Positions 9,401 to 21,659 of a stretch of DNA of 64,000 nucleotides are shown piece after piece. A program made the position numbers and the translations under genes. The stretch is from Camelus ferus (lineage: Eukaryota): positions 2,730,001 to 2,794,000 of the forward strand of contig NC_045696.1 of the NCBI RefSeq assembly GCF_009834535.1, given 5' to 3'. The first letter of the stretch is position 1. The number at the start of each line of letters is the position of its first letter. A model generated the notes under the pieces. It ran no database searches, had not been told where the DNA came from, and worked only from the letters and a program-made list of their open reading frames with translations.

Positions 9401-11854
9401 TGTGGCCCCACATCCTGGCTCCCTCCTGTTTCTCCCTCCGTCCTTGACCCACTGCAACCACCGATCTTAGGAGTTTTGCCTTTTCCAGAATGTCACGGGT
9501 GGGGTCACACGTGGGGAGCTGCCCCAGTTGGCTCTTGTGATTAGCAGTATGCACGGAGCCTTCCAGCTCATCCAAGTGTCCTTTTACACACGTCACATCT
9601 CCTTCAGTGTCTAAATCAACAAGAGGTCCAAGAGAACCTTCTGGAGGGAGGCAGCCTCTCCTGTTGCTTGGTGCTCCGTTCCTCGGAGGGCCTGGCAGAC
9701 GGGGACCGCAGGGACAGCAGGCCTCAGGCTCTGGCTGGGCTGGGCCGGGCTGGGCTGGCTGGTGAGTGCTGACCGTGGCTTCTCTTCCAGATCTTCCTGA
9801 CGGACCCGCTGGGCAAGCTCTCACACATCCTGGAGACTGACCACTTCGTCCTGGTGGTCCACGAGCAGATCCAGTGTAAGTGGGGCTCTCTGGGGGCCGG
9901 GGTGCTGGGAGCCGGAGTGCCGGCCACTGAGCGCCCAGCTTCCGTGTGCACGTTCCTGCCATGAGCTCACAGGGAGCCTGGGGAGTCTGAGGTGCTGACC
10001 GTCAGCCACCCCCAGCCTTGGGTGCAGATCCCAGAAGGGTCCACATGGGTGCCCGCCCCCAACAAGCTCGTGGGGCTGATAACCTGCTCCCAGGGCCCTT
10101 CCCGGGCCTCCTCACTGTGTCTCCAGAGACCGGGGGTGTCCTGGTTCTGGGCGAGGACAAGGGCTGTAGAAATCACAAGAATCGGGAGGGCCTTGGGGCC
10201 TGACCACTCTGCTGCCAAGGCTGGTCCTGGGGCCCAGGTGCCCCATCTAACCCCTCTCCCGTCCTTGGCTCCACAGCACGGGACCTGGCCTTGTCAGGAG
10301 TGGTGGGGGGGCCAGCAGGTACGTACCCCCGCTCGGCTGTGCTCAGCATCGCAGCCCCTGACCGCAAAGGAGGGCGTCCAGGCCCCAGGTCCCGAGCCGG
10401 GCTGGGAGCTCCCTCCCCTTAATGTCACGTCAACTCATGTCTCAACATCCACACACCCCGACCTGGGTTCCAGAGTCAGGTCTGTAAGTGAGGTTTCCTT
10501 GGACACAGCCATGCCTGAAAACAGGTCCACGGCTGCTTCTGTGCTGTGTGGGCAGAGCTGAGTGGTCATTACAGAGCACACAGCCCTTTACAGAAAGTTT
10601 GCCAACCCTGCTCTGGATGGTGTCCCCTGGGGGGCCTGGAGGCCCCTCAGATCGCCCCCTCCTGGGGGGCGCACAGCTTCTCCAAAGTTCCCCTTTGCCC
10701 AAAAGTTCCTGAGGTGCTCCAAGCAGGCCAGTGGGATGCCAGGCCCCTCTGTGCCTCCCCCACCCCCACCCTGTGCGACCTTTGCCCCGAAGGCATGGGG
10801 GACAGACAGGGATGTGGGGCTGGTGAATGGGATGAGACCTGGGTGTCTCCCACCCGTGCTCAGCTCTGCCGGCCCTCTTTGTGCTCCATGACACTGTCTC
10901 AGTCCAGGTTCCCCCGGGAAACAGAACCAACAGGATGTGTGGAGAGAGATTTGCTTAACTGGCTGATAGGCTGGGAAGTCCCAAGATCTGTACATGACTG
11001 GGCGGGCTCGAGCCCAGGCAGGAGTCAGCGTTCCCTCCCGAGCCCGAAGGCAGGACTGGTCCCCTCTTACTCTTGGAGGCTCTGCCTTTTTGTTCTATTC
11101 CGGCCTTCGACGGATTGGACGGCCCCCCGCCCCCTGCACTGAGGAGGGCATCTGTGTTACTAGGTCCCTCCAACCAGGCACTGACACCATCTGGAGACAC
11201 CCAGGATGGTGTCTGACCGCTCTCAGGGCACTCGGGGTCCAGTCAAGTTGAAGTGGAAAATTAACCATCTCAACCACCCTCTCTGCTCTTGGAGGCTGGC
11301 GGGGGGAGACCAGGGGCATTCATTCTAAGTCTGAGGGAAAGGCGTGGGTTTGCAGACGGAACTGTGGGCAGAGACGCCAGCTGCTGGTGGTGGGGGTGAG
11401 CAGTGCTGGGACTCGAGCCTGGGGCACCGAGGGAGACCACGCACCGCTCAGGCAGCCCCAGGGGGCACAGCTCAGAGGAGTCAGCACTCTGCTCTCTGCG
11501 GCTCAGCCCACTTGGCTGGTGTCGGGGGAGACGGTCCTTGTCACTGGGCTGCCTTGGGTGCCGCCCTGGGACACCTGGGCTCAGGGCAGCAGGCGGGGTT
11601 GGTCCCCGACGGCGCCTGGGGGTGGGCGCGGCTGCCTCAGACCTGCCCGGGCGGAGGCCCCCCTAAACCTGCGGCCTTGTCCCTCCTCAGACCACAGCCA
11701 CCGGGAGGCCAGTAAGAGGCAGACAGTGTTCGGGGTTGTCAGCGCCATTGACCTGCTGAACTTCGTGGCCACCCGCGAGCGGAACCAGAAGACAAAGCTA
11801 GGAAGCACCTCAGAGCCCAGAGGCATGGGGGCCGGGGCCCAGCCCGCCCCGTGA
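324..11854 (+). CDS. CBS: Cystathionine beta-synthase, 5'-partial spliced CDS: join(324-403,524-658,1169-1238,2432-2523,3292-3417,4028-4112,4396-4501,5907-5984,6091-6225,6902-7011,9791-9875,[10277-10318 optional],11691-11854)
   Basis: Exons translate to recognisable CBS peptides ([32 protein letters not shown] loop, CPGC motif, GIGYDF, DSVRNYMSKF, CBS domains). All introns are GT-AG and phases are consistent, except a +1 nt in exon 6902-7011. Confidence 0.98.
524..658 (+). CDS. CBS: CBS exon, 135 nt ([15 protein letters not shown]...SHILDQ)
   Basis: ctgcag|GTG acceptor, CAG|gtgagg donor. Confidence 0.97.
1169..1238 (+). CDS. CBS: CBS exon, 70 nt ([23 protein letters not shown])
   Basis: tctcacag|TAC acceptor, G|gtgtgt donor. 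Confidence 0.96.
1300..1570. mobile_element. Degenerate L2-like LINE fragment
   Basis: ctcctactcatccttcaaaacccagctcaaatgtcccctc resembles the L2 3' region (pattern recall). Confidence 0.5.
2432..2523 (+). CDS. CBS: CBS exon, 92 nt ([31 protein letters not shown])
   Basis: ccctcag|GG acceptor, CAG|gtgagc donor; contains the GTGGT loop and CXXC motif. Confidence 0.97.
3292..3417 (+). CDS. CBS: CBS exon, 126 nt ([14 protein letters not shown]...[14 protein letters not shown])
   Basis: cttcag|ATC acceptor, ACG|gtaggc donor. Confidence 0.97.
4028..4112 (+). CDS. CBS: CBS exon, 85 nt ([28 protein letters not shown])
   Basis: ccgcag|GTG acceptor, G|gtgagc donor. Confidence 0.97.
4396..4501 (+). 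CDS. CBS: CBS exon, 106 nt ([15 protein letters not shown]...DSVRNYM)
   Basis: ggcag|GT acceptor, AT|gtgagg donor. Confidence 0.97.
5907..5984 (+). CDS. CBS: CBS exon, 78 nt ([25 protein letters not shown])
   Basis: ctgcag|G acceptor, TG|gtgagg donor. Confidence 0.96.
6091..6225 (+). CDS. CBS: CBS exon, 135 nt ([19 protein letters not shown]...[10 protein letters not shown]), CBS1 domain
   Basis: ccctcag|G acceptor, GG|gtcagt donor (phase 2). Confidence 0.96.
6902..7011 (+). CDS. CBS: CBS exon ([35 protein letters not shown]), 110 nt as sequenced, one base too long for frame
   Basis: CTGAC branch-like motif and pyrimidine tract, ccccag|GGCCTGTC acceptor, CAG|gtgcga donor; 109 nt is needed to join phase 2 to phase 0. 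Confidence 0.92.
9791..9875 (+). CDS. CBS: CBS exon, 85 nt ([28 protein letters not shown])
   Basis: cttccag|ATC acceptor, T|gtaagt donor. Confidence 0.96.
10277..10318 (+). CDS. CBS: CBS alternative 42-nt cassette exon ([15 protein letters not shown] when included)
   Basis: ccacag|CA acceptor, G|gtacgt donor, symmetric phase 1-1; resembles the known mammalian optional CBS exon (human SQDQAWAGVVGGPAD-type insert, from recall). Confidence 0.85.
11691..11854 (+). CDS. CBS: CBS last coding exon ([33 protein letters not shown] plus 20-aa tail, TGA)
   Basis: ctcctcag|AC acceptor; [17 protein letters not shown]2 motif; stop TGA at 11852-11854. Confidence 0.94.
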
Positions 11855-12269
11855 CTGCTAACCGCCTGCCGCCGGGCACGGCTCTGTCGCGACCGGTAGC
11901 AGAAAGCAGGTGTAGGACGCTTAGCGCGGAGCCCGGGGCCGGCAGAAAGGTTAGGCTTCCCCTGCCAACGCCTGGCTGCCTGAAAGAATCTATTTATGGT
12001 TTTTTCCATCAGATGTGTTTTTCTTTAACTTTCTCCTAAAAATGTTCCCACAAGCAAGTCTATTCAAAGAGAGCTCAGCCGGGCAGGTGGGCGGTGGACC
12101 CACAGCAGGACCAGGGCGGGGGAGGAAAGGCAGAGGAAAGAGCCTTTTCCAGGAGCCCAGGACGGGAGCCGCAGAAAGGGGCTGAGGAAGGCTGGGTCGG
12201 CTCAGCGGCCCTTCTCAGCGCTGTCCCCTCGGGGCTGGGTCGGGTGGAGTGGCTTGAGTGTTTGGAGGT

Positions 12270-13660
12270 TTTTAAATTGAGATGACATTCACATAACCTA
12301 AAATAATCAATTTAAAATGTATACTTTGGTAGCATTTATGACACTCCCAGTATTGCACAGCTCTGTCGGGTTCCAAAACATCCCCCGCAGTAAGCAGTCA
12401 CTCCCCTCCCCTCCTCGCCCCCGGCCACCGCTCGTCTGCCCCTGTCTGTCCCCACGGGCTTACCTGCCTTGGATAGTTCATATAAAAGGAATCGTACAAT
12501 CTGTGACCTTTTGTGTCTGGCGTATTTCCCTTAGCACGGTATTTCTGAGGTGCACTCCTGCTGCAGCAGGAACCAGTGCTTCCTTGTTGTGGCTGAATAA
12601 TACTCCGTTGCTTGGACGGACCCCGTTGTGCTCACCAGCCACCAGCTGATGGACATCTGGGTTGCTTCCACTCTCGGGCTGCTGTGACCAGTACTGCTAT
12701 GAACGTTTGTGCACAAGTATTTGTCTGAACACCTGTTTTCAGTGCTTTTGGTTATATACCCCAGGCTGGAACTGCTGAGCCACGTGATAATTCTGTTTAA
12801 TGTTTTTGAGGAACCACAGCAACTGTTCCACAGCTGCACCATGTTTCATCCCCACTAGCAGTGCACCAAGGTTCTGGTTGCTCCACGTCCTTGCCAACAC
12901 TTTTATTTTCTGGTTTTTGTTCTTTATAGCCATGCTAGTGGGTGGAAAGCAGTGTCTCACTGTGGTTCTGAGCTGCATGTCCCTGCTGATGAATGATGTT
13001 GAACATCTTTTCATGTGCTTTTTTGGCCACTTGTGTATCTTCTTTGGAGAAATGCCTGTTCAAGTCCTTTGCCCATTTTTAAGTTGGGTTGCTTGTCTTT
13101 TGTTGTTCGGCTGCAGAAGACCTTTAAATATTCTGGACACCAGACCTTTATCAGGTACGTAATTTGGAAATATTCTCTCCCATTCCTTGGGGTGTCTTTT
13201 CCCTTTCTTGACACTGACCTTTGGTGCACAAGTGTTTTGTTTGTGATGAAGTCCAGTTTATCTGTTTTTCCTTTTGTTTTGCTTTTGGCACATATCTAAG
13301 AACCCATTGCCAAAGCTAAGCCATGTTCTCCTAAGGGTCTGAAAATTCTAGCGCTTACATTTCGTTCACTGACCCATTTCGAGTCGATTTTGGTACGTGG
13401 TGTGAGGCGAGGGCCCAGCCTAATCCTTTTGCATGTGGCTGTCCGTTGGGTGAAGAGACGCTCTTTCCCCCGCTGAACGGCCTTGGCGCTCTCGTGGGAA
13501 GCCAGCTGGCTGCAGAAACGTGCGGGTTTCTTTCTGGACTCGGTCCTGTTCAGCTGGTGTGCGTGCCTGGCCTGTGCCAGCGCCGCGCCGCTCGATGGCT
13601 GTGGCTTTGTGGTAAGTTTTGCCGTCGGGAAGTGTGAGTCCTCCGGTTTCCCTTGTTTTC
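12270..13660 (-). mobile_element. Old L1 (L1MB-like) 3' fragment, antisense to CBS
   Basis: Antisense L1 3'UTR start (tttaaattgagatgacattcacata...); - strand translation LTLPDGKTYHKATAI and MKRCSTSFISRDMQLRTTVR resembles the L1 ORF2 C-terminus. Confidence 0.85.
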
Positions 13661-15149
13661 AGTGGCTTGGGAATCACGATGTGTCTTGACGGATCTTTCC
13701 TCGTGTTTCTTGTGCTCAGTATCCTTAGAGTTTCTTGGGTTCTGGTATCGGATTGGTAAGAATTCCAGAAACAAAAGAAGAGACAGGGAAGGAAACCACC
13801 TGTGCAGTAACTCAAGAAGCCGCCCCGACTGGAGGACCCGGTCTGCAGACTGGAAGGGTCCACCCAGAACCCAGAGCAACGGCGGGGAAGGACCCGACGC
13901 AGAGCACGGCCGTGAGGCGTCAGGTCACTGGGGAGCAGAAGATCCAGAAAAGCTCTCAGGTGTGGTGGGGAGACGCAGCTCACAGGGAGTCCGGGGAACG
14001 GGAAGAGCCTCCGACCTCTCCGTCCAGCCATGGAGGCTGCGAGGCCAGGCAGCGCGGCCTGGAATCATCTGCAAGGATGAAAGGCGGCCAACGTCCCGGG
14101 CACAAGCACACCTGCCTTAGCCCTGGGCCGGGGGTGGGGTGGGGGGGCGCCGACATTCCCACCGAGGCAGGGGCCTCCGTGGTCTGGGGAAGTGGGAAGA
14201 TGCACCCACCAAGACGAAGGAGGAAAACAAGGACGCCACCAGGCGAGATCACAACAGGCACCCCCAGGACGACGGAGTAGGGGTCCCAGGGCTGCAGGGC
14301 TGGGCAGCTGCAGACTGCGATGGGACCCAGGGCTTTGGGACGCACTGAAGCCGCAGCCTGGGGCCTCGCCCTTTCTCCTGCAGGCGCTCCGGCCTGTGTG
14401 GGGAGTTGTCAGCAGGGACCGTGCCGTGGTCCCTTGGGGGCTCTGTGCTGGGCTGTGGGGCTCACAGCTGCCCCATTGTCCTGGTCGCCTCCCTCCATCC
14501 CTGCTTCCCGGGGAGCAGGCCCCCGGGAAAAGCCGCCTGTTGCGGCCCAGGCCTCGCTCCTCTGTCAGGACCCCTGGGGGGGCAGCTGAGGCTCACAAGC
14601 AGGCCATGCCGCCATCCACGGGTGGGGGGTGGATGGGAGGCACCGCGGGGACTCCTGGCTCTGCCAGGCTGTGCGGGAAGCCGTCCCGGACCCCTGGTCA
14701 AAGAGCCACTGCACCCCCAGAGACAACTGGGCAGGCGGAGGCCTCTCTCCCAAACCAGGTCTGGGAGGGGCTGGGGCTGCGCGAAGCCGGCGGGACACGT
14801 GCTGCGACCTCTCGGAGTGACGCATCGGGTGATTGGCCTGAGAACGGAGAAGTTTTTAAAAAATCTGTTTTTCACTAGAACTGTGGTAGGAGGAGTAACA
14901 GGCCCCCCCCAGGCATCAGGTCTAACCCCAGGACCCTGAGACCGTTCCCTTGTCTGGAAGTCTCTGCAGGTTGAAGATGAGGTGAAGTTCTTGAGACGAG
15001 GCCAAGACGCCCTCACAAACGCGGTAAAAGCGTCCATCTCAGGGGAGGCGGAGGGAGATGTGAGACCCACAGATAAGGTGAGGTGGCGGCCACGGCCCAG
15101 GGACTGGAGGGCGAGACTGGCCAACTGGGCGCCTGGATCCCCAGAAATG

Positions 15150-15300
15150 TAGGAGGCGGGAAGGCGCCTCCCAGAGCCTTCCCAGGGGGCACGCCCCCCG
15201 AGCCGTGACCTCAGACTCCTGGCTGCCTGGCTGTGAGGGGACAGGTCTGTTGCTTTAAGCCCCCCAAGTGTGGTCCCGTATCCGCAGCCCAGGAGATGCA
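15150..15300 (+). mobile_element. MaLR (MLT1-like) LTR remnant
   Basis: agagccttcc...gacctcagactcctggctgcc...ctgtgag...ctgttgctttaagcccccaagtgtgg resembles an MLT1 3' end. Confidence 0.55.
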
Positions 15301-17074
15301 CGTGAGTTTGTATTGTGGAACCGTCAAACTGTCCTCTGACAGTGGACTTCGTTCACTCTGCGTAATACACTGCTGAGCTTAATGCAGTATTTCAGACACA
15401 TAAAAAGCTGTAAACGATAACCACCCCCCCACCCCCCGCTTGAGAAGGAAAACCTCACCGAGGCAGTGGGAGCCCCGAGGGGCCCTGACGGCACTGGGCT
15501 TGCGTCAGTGTTGCTGGGGGCCTGGAACTGCCCCGGGTCTGTTCCTGAGACAGCCGGCTCGCTCCTTCTCCCACCCATTACTGAGCAATGGGATCCCAGG
15601 AACACAGACTAAGTTCTTCAGAAAGTATGACTGACATGTGATAAGTACCAAGAGGAATCATTTCCATTTGAGTGGAGCTGTCACTCCCAGGCGCTGTTCC
15701 CTAAGGGGTGAAGAGCTGGGTGGCGAAAACGGTCCATGGTTGACTGGCAAGCACAGGTGAAACAGTTATGTTCCTTTCTGCAGGGCTTCTCAGAGCCTTC
15801 AATATGCTAATGAGCATCAAGATTCTCTATCAGTTATAATTCAGTTCTCCTGCAAATGATAGAAAACCCCACATGACAATGGCTGCCTTCAGGTTAGAGG
15901 AGTTTATGTCTCTCACTGAATCACAGGGCAGAGGCCAGCAGTCCCATCACCAGCAGAAACCCAAGACCTTTCTACCTTGCTGCTCCCTCTATCCTCAACA
16001 CATGGCTTCTACCTCATGATCCCAGAGAGCTGCTTGAGTGCCAGCCATTATGTATACATGCCAGTGAGCAGGGAGGAAGAAGGGATAATGGAGAGTGCCC
16101 TCTTCTCTTTGTCAACACTTCTTAAGTCATACACCACACTTGCATTTGGATCCCACTGGCTGATCCGACTGTCAGCATACAGCGTACTTGGGGAATCTGT
16201 AAAAGGCAAACCCCACCGCACCCCCCCACCCCCCACCCCTGGCCAGATGCAGCCCTGAGGACACACAGCCTGGCAAGCTGACAGAGCCTTTGTGCAAACT
16301 GGAAAAGCAGTGAATTAGCCCATCACTGCCCTTTCTCCAGGCAGACCTGGGACACAGCCCTGTGCCGGGGACCCTCTAAGGGTGAGCAGAGGTCAGCCTG
16401 GACTCAGCCGGGCTCACCCTCTCTGCTCCACACTCTCACTCTGGGCACAGGAGGCTGCCGGCCCACTGGCCTGCTTGGGAACACGGCCCACCTGTGAGGG
16501 AGGCTGGGCAGTGGGACCTTTACTCAGGTGCCGTGGGCGCAGCTTAAGACCGGAGGCCAGACCAGCTGGAGAGGGAGCCAGCTGCCCTCTGGGAGGTCTG
16601 GGGAGTGTCGGGAAGCCTCCAGCCCCTACCGTTCTTCCTCATCTTGTCTTCTTGGCCTTAAATGCTGTCCGCAGCACTCCATTCCTTAAGAAACCGGCTT
16701 GATAACATGCCTCCCCGTGGACACGGAGACACGTGGGCTGACAGCACGGGTCTTTTCCATCTACCAACTGGGTCAGTATCGAGAGGGAGGAAGCAGTGGG
16801 GACAGCTGGGCATCTCACCTGCCCAGGGAGAGGGCCTCTGCCAGCCAACTCCTAACACCAGAGGGGAAATCAGGACGACCCCTGGGGTTGACAGCAGGGA
16901 CCTGAGATGCTCATTCATTCACTCACCAGAAACTCACTGAGCCCCCACCACGGATCAGGCACCATCCCAGGCCCAGAGTTACAAGCGCCGCTTCCCTGCT
17001 GGTGGGAGGAGTCAAACAAGAAATAAGTGCACTGGTGGTCAGTGCTACCAGGGCAAAGCTGGAGAGCGACGGAT

Positions 17075-17402
17075 GCCGGGTAAAAAGCATGGTCTGCGCA
17101 CACGGTGGGACAGTACTCAGCCTCGAAGGGGATATTCTGACATGTGCCCCAACGTGGGTGAACCTGGAGAACATTATGCCGAGTGGATAAGCCGGTCACA
17201 GAAGGACAAACAAGTGTCTGGTTCCACTCACAGAGGGCCCTAGGGGAGCCAGGTCCGTAGGGACAGAAAGTGAGGATGGTGGGAGCGATGGGGAGTGAGT
17301 GTTCAATAGGGACAGAGTTTCTGTTTGGGAAGATAAACTGTGCACCTAAAAATAGTTAAGATGGTAAATTTTATATGTATAGCTTGCCACAATTTTAAAA
17401 AG
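17075..17402 (+). mobile_element. L1 (L1MB-like) 3' end fragment
   Basis: gaacctggagaacattatgccgagtggataagccggtcacagaaggacaaa ... aaaatagttaagatggtaaattttatatg...cacaattttaaaa. Confidence 0.8.
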
Positions 17403-20400
17403 GAAAAGTAGGAAAGGGTTGGAGAGCTCCAGGAGGCAGAGGGGCCACATTTGAGGCTGCATTTCCCACTGGGCTGCCTGGTGGACGGCAGGGCAAGAGC
17501 CCGGCAGCTGAAGGCACAACTCGTGCAAAGGCCCTGGGGCAGGAGCAGCTCTCGCAATCAGTGGACAGGCTGAGGGACCAGAATGAGCAGCGGGATCACA
17601 TTCAGAGCTGAGTCCAAGGGCGGCCCCTCGGTGGAGGAAGGCCATCATTCTCGGCTTGGGGCGCTGTCTCCTGGAGGAGCAAGTGTGCCTGGTCCTGGAC
17701 TCCCGGGCCAGGGAGGACACCTGCCAGAGCGCCGGCACACATGTGCCACATGCAGCTTCCCCTCGCCAAACTAAACAGCTGACATGAACTCCACCAAAGC
17801 TGGGCCGGGCCATCAGGTAGACCAGGTGGGGAGTGGGGACAGCACGGCATTGGGCGCTGGGAGAGACAGCTGGTGTGACGGGGCCGCTTCTGTGTGAAGG
17901 CTGGCCCTGCCGCACAGCCTGGTCCACACTGGGGTCTGGGAAGCTGGCTTTGGAGTGGGAGCCTTGCTCTGACAGCTTGGCACGGCCCCCGGGCTCCCCG
18001 GGCAGTGGACATGCTCCCCGGTGTCCAGGAGCAGGAACCCCACCCGCTGACTTAAGACCAGCCCCACAGGCAGGTGGCAGACAGTGTGCTTGTGAGCAGA
18101 TTTCCTCCAAATTTTTTAAGTTCTCCAAATTTCTTAAAATTTAAGTTAAAATTCCTGTACCATGTAATAATAACATATGTCAGCTGCTTTCACTGTTAAG
18201 ACTGAAGGTTGCAGGATGTGGAGCATGCACTGACGGAGCTGAAGGCTCACAGTGTCAAAGGGAGAGGACAAGCTGCGTGTAGCCTTGGAAACTATCAACT
18301 GTCAAGGCCGAGAAGGCTGAGGACGGGAGGACCGGGCGGGCCCGCCGCCAGCTCCGCGCAGGCAGGGGCGCTGCTGCTGGCAGAAGTGATGGCGCAGTCC
18401 CCACGGAGGCCCCGCCACCCAAGGAGTGTCTCCCGGGGTCCCGCTGGGATTCTGTGGGCCCCCCAGCTCCCTCCCAGCAGGGCAGGAGGACGAAGCCAGG
18501 GTCCTGCGTGCTGTCCGTCGGCTCTCCCGCCCTCCGGCCCCTCCCCGCAGTCAGGACCTCGGGCTGGGTGGGGGCGGCGGCACCCGCATCTGGGCCGGCG
18601 TCCAGCAAGGACGGGCGCGTGGGAGCTGCTTCAGAGACGCAGCAGCACCTGAGTCGTCAGGACACAGACGTTGCTGTTCCCAGTGGGCCACTATGTAAAT
18701 CAGGCTTCTAAAGGCTTCATCTTGGGGACACTTGTTTTGCAATTGATTCATCTGTCGAGCGCTTAAACTACAGGACTAGTCTACCGCCATGGTTTCTGAT
18801 TCTGTCTCTTCGTTAATTCCATCTGGCTTCTGTAATTTAGTCCAAAATAACCTCTTCCTCCCCGGCACTGGGCAGGCGTCTTCATCATCTGCAGGGCGGG
18901 CCGTCCTGAGCCTCAGCGGTGGCCGGGGCCCCAGCAGCAGGGGCTGAGTAATAAGCACATTGAGTCGGGGGTGAAATGGGCTGGAAGGCGGGGCCGCGGG
19001 CTGCACATCCCTGCTGGTCCTTCATGCCGAAGGTGGCCCCACAGAGTTGTGCCTTGGACGACGCAGGCATCTGGCTGGGGCGGCGAGGTCCCTGCGAAGC
19101 CATAGGCAACTCCCACCCGGGCCCCTTTCATGCCCTTTCTTGGGCCCCACGTCAAAGTGGGGGTAGGTTAGTGACGATCCCGAATCAGCATCAAGAACCA
19201 CCTGGCTCATCAGTGTCTTCTCATGGGTCCGTGGGTCCCTGACACGGTGCAGGAGTAGAGGCCACGCGAAGGCCACGCACAGCACTGCGGAGTGCGGGGG
19301 ACAGTCCCCCCGGGCGGCGTCAGCAGGGACGACATCCATCTGCTCACACGCCTCTTCTCGAGCAGAGGCAGTGGAGGGACAGTTCGTCTGGGCCCCACTC
19401 TGTGGCTGCCAGTGGACGCCACAACCTCTGCCCGTGCTGCACGGCAGCGGGGGCCCCAGGGCAGCCTCCGTACAGCGCCAGGCAGAAGCTATCGCATTTG
19501 GTTTAAGCTCAGTCACCCGGTGCCGTGGCCCCTGCATCCAGTCCTGACATCAAGGCGGTAAAAAGCCTCTCCCAGTTTCAGGGATGGGGACGTGCCTGAC
19601 GAAGTTCTAGCAGAATAAATGGGACTGGACACACTGCTGCAGCCCTTGTGGGAAAACATGACCTGCCAGGGGACCCCGGCGAGGTAGAGAATAAACGCTC
19701 CCCAATGAAAGTTGGGGCGGAACAGCTTTAGTCACTCCACGGTAAGGTGAGAGGCCCCTTAAATCCTGAATCAAAATGACTTCTAGACACAGCTTTCCCC
19801 TCCTGACTCCCGTCTTTGTTCCACTCTTGGCCCTTCAGTGCAGAGAGCTTGTCGGGTACTGCACCCCCGGTCTGGACGGGGCCCCCTCACCTCCGCCGGG
19901 CCATCCTCAGGACCCACTCCCATCAACCACACCCCCACCCCGGGCCCCTGGGTTGCGTGCCTTTGGAAAGGAGCAAATCCCTGAGAAACCACATTCTGTA
20001 CCTTCCTCGTTTACCCTAACGAGATGGTGAAATAGGTTTGTACGGGAAAAAAAAATAGAAACAGACCTGTCTTAAAATCCTGTTTTCAGTCATTCTGTGG
20101 CTCCACTTCCACGTGGGCTGCAGCGGGAAAGCCGCTCACACCCTAACCGGGAGGAGTGGACAATCCACAAAATCTTACCTCTCCTCCAGCTCAGAGAGCT
20201 GTGGCTGCTCGGCCACCAAGTGACTGACTTCCAGAGAGGGACGAGCCCCTCCAATGCAGGAGGGGACGCAGCACGGCCCCCGCTGGGCAAACGCGGGACG
20301 AGGTGGCCCAGGCGCTAAGGGCCCGGCCACCGTGGGGAGCAGGACTGGAGAGACCCCCGCCCACCAGCCCGACCCTTCTCTCATTTGAAGCAAAAGCCTT

Positions 20401-21659
20401 AATCCAGCAGGGGAGGAACAAGCCCCCACCCTGGGTGTAGACTCCTGCTTCCGGGGACCAGGAGAGAGCCCCTAAGCCAGGCCCCAGGCCCCCGCCCAGA
20501 CACAGGGAGAGGCAGGAGCGGGGGACACAGCTGACGCCTGCACCCTGGGACACAGGCCCTGCCTGCCACTGAGGCCACAGCAGGAGGGCGCCCTGCCTCC
20601 ACCCGGGGCGGGGGACAAAGCAGATAGCCCCCCAGGGCCTGCTGGAAGCTGGAGGAATCCGGAGGCAATGGCAGAAACGACAAGACCTAAACCCGAAGCC
20701 CAGCACTCGGCTCGAAAGACGACTCAACCCCCACACCATGGGCTGCGGGGGACCATTGGTTCTGGTCCCCACTGCTCGCAAGCAGCCCCAGCACTGGGTC
20801 CCGCGTCGGGAGACACCACAGAGAAAACCACGCGGCCAGGAGCCAGACCCGGGCATGTCCGTGTGCCACCATCCCCGCGGCCAGCGGCCGCACGCCACTC
20901 GCACGGACACCCAGGGTGCCTCTGTGACTCTGCCCCCACAGACGACGGCACTGCCAGGACCACCTCTGCACGGGTCCTCGTGGGAACCTGCCAACGGCTC
21001 TCCGCAGGGCCGCAGGGCACAGCACGCCTCACTCCTCAGGGCCCGCGAGCACCACAGCGGCGTCCGGTGACACTCACGCCACCTCTCCAACCTCTGCCTG
21101 ACGGAGGGCAGCCTCACTGTGCGAGGTGACGGAGCTCCGGTTCCGGCCTGGGGCTTCCTCTCGTGCTTGTTGGCCGTGGGGTTTCCCCTTCAGTGGACTG
21201 ACTGTTAAGACCCTGTCATTTTCTCTTGATTTCCAGGAATTCTCCTTTAATCCTAAACGTGAACTCCTCGTCAGCTGTGAAGGTAAAACAGAAGCAGAGG
21301 AAGACACTTCCCTCAGACGGCCGCCGGCTGACGGTCTGCACTGCCCCTCATGGAACAGGAGTCCTCCCGACCTGGCCAAACCCGCCACTGCTGTGTCCTG
21401 CGACTTACGTTCGGGCTCTCAGGTCTTCCTCGCCCCGAGGTCACGAAGATGGGCTCCCATGTCATCTTCTGCTGGCTTTGTGGTCATCACCCCGAGGCCC
21501 CACCTCTCCCAGACTGCTCTGAGCAGGGCCCCCCAAACCCCCGCCCCAACTCCTAGCGACACCCCGCCCCAGGGCCCCAGGCTGAGCAGCTGCTCCCCTC
21601 CAGCAGAACGCTCTGGCTGGAGCGCTCAGGTCTGCGCGCTGAGAGCACACACCGCTAAG

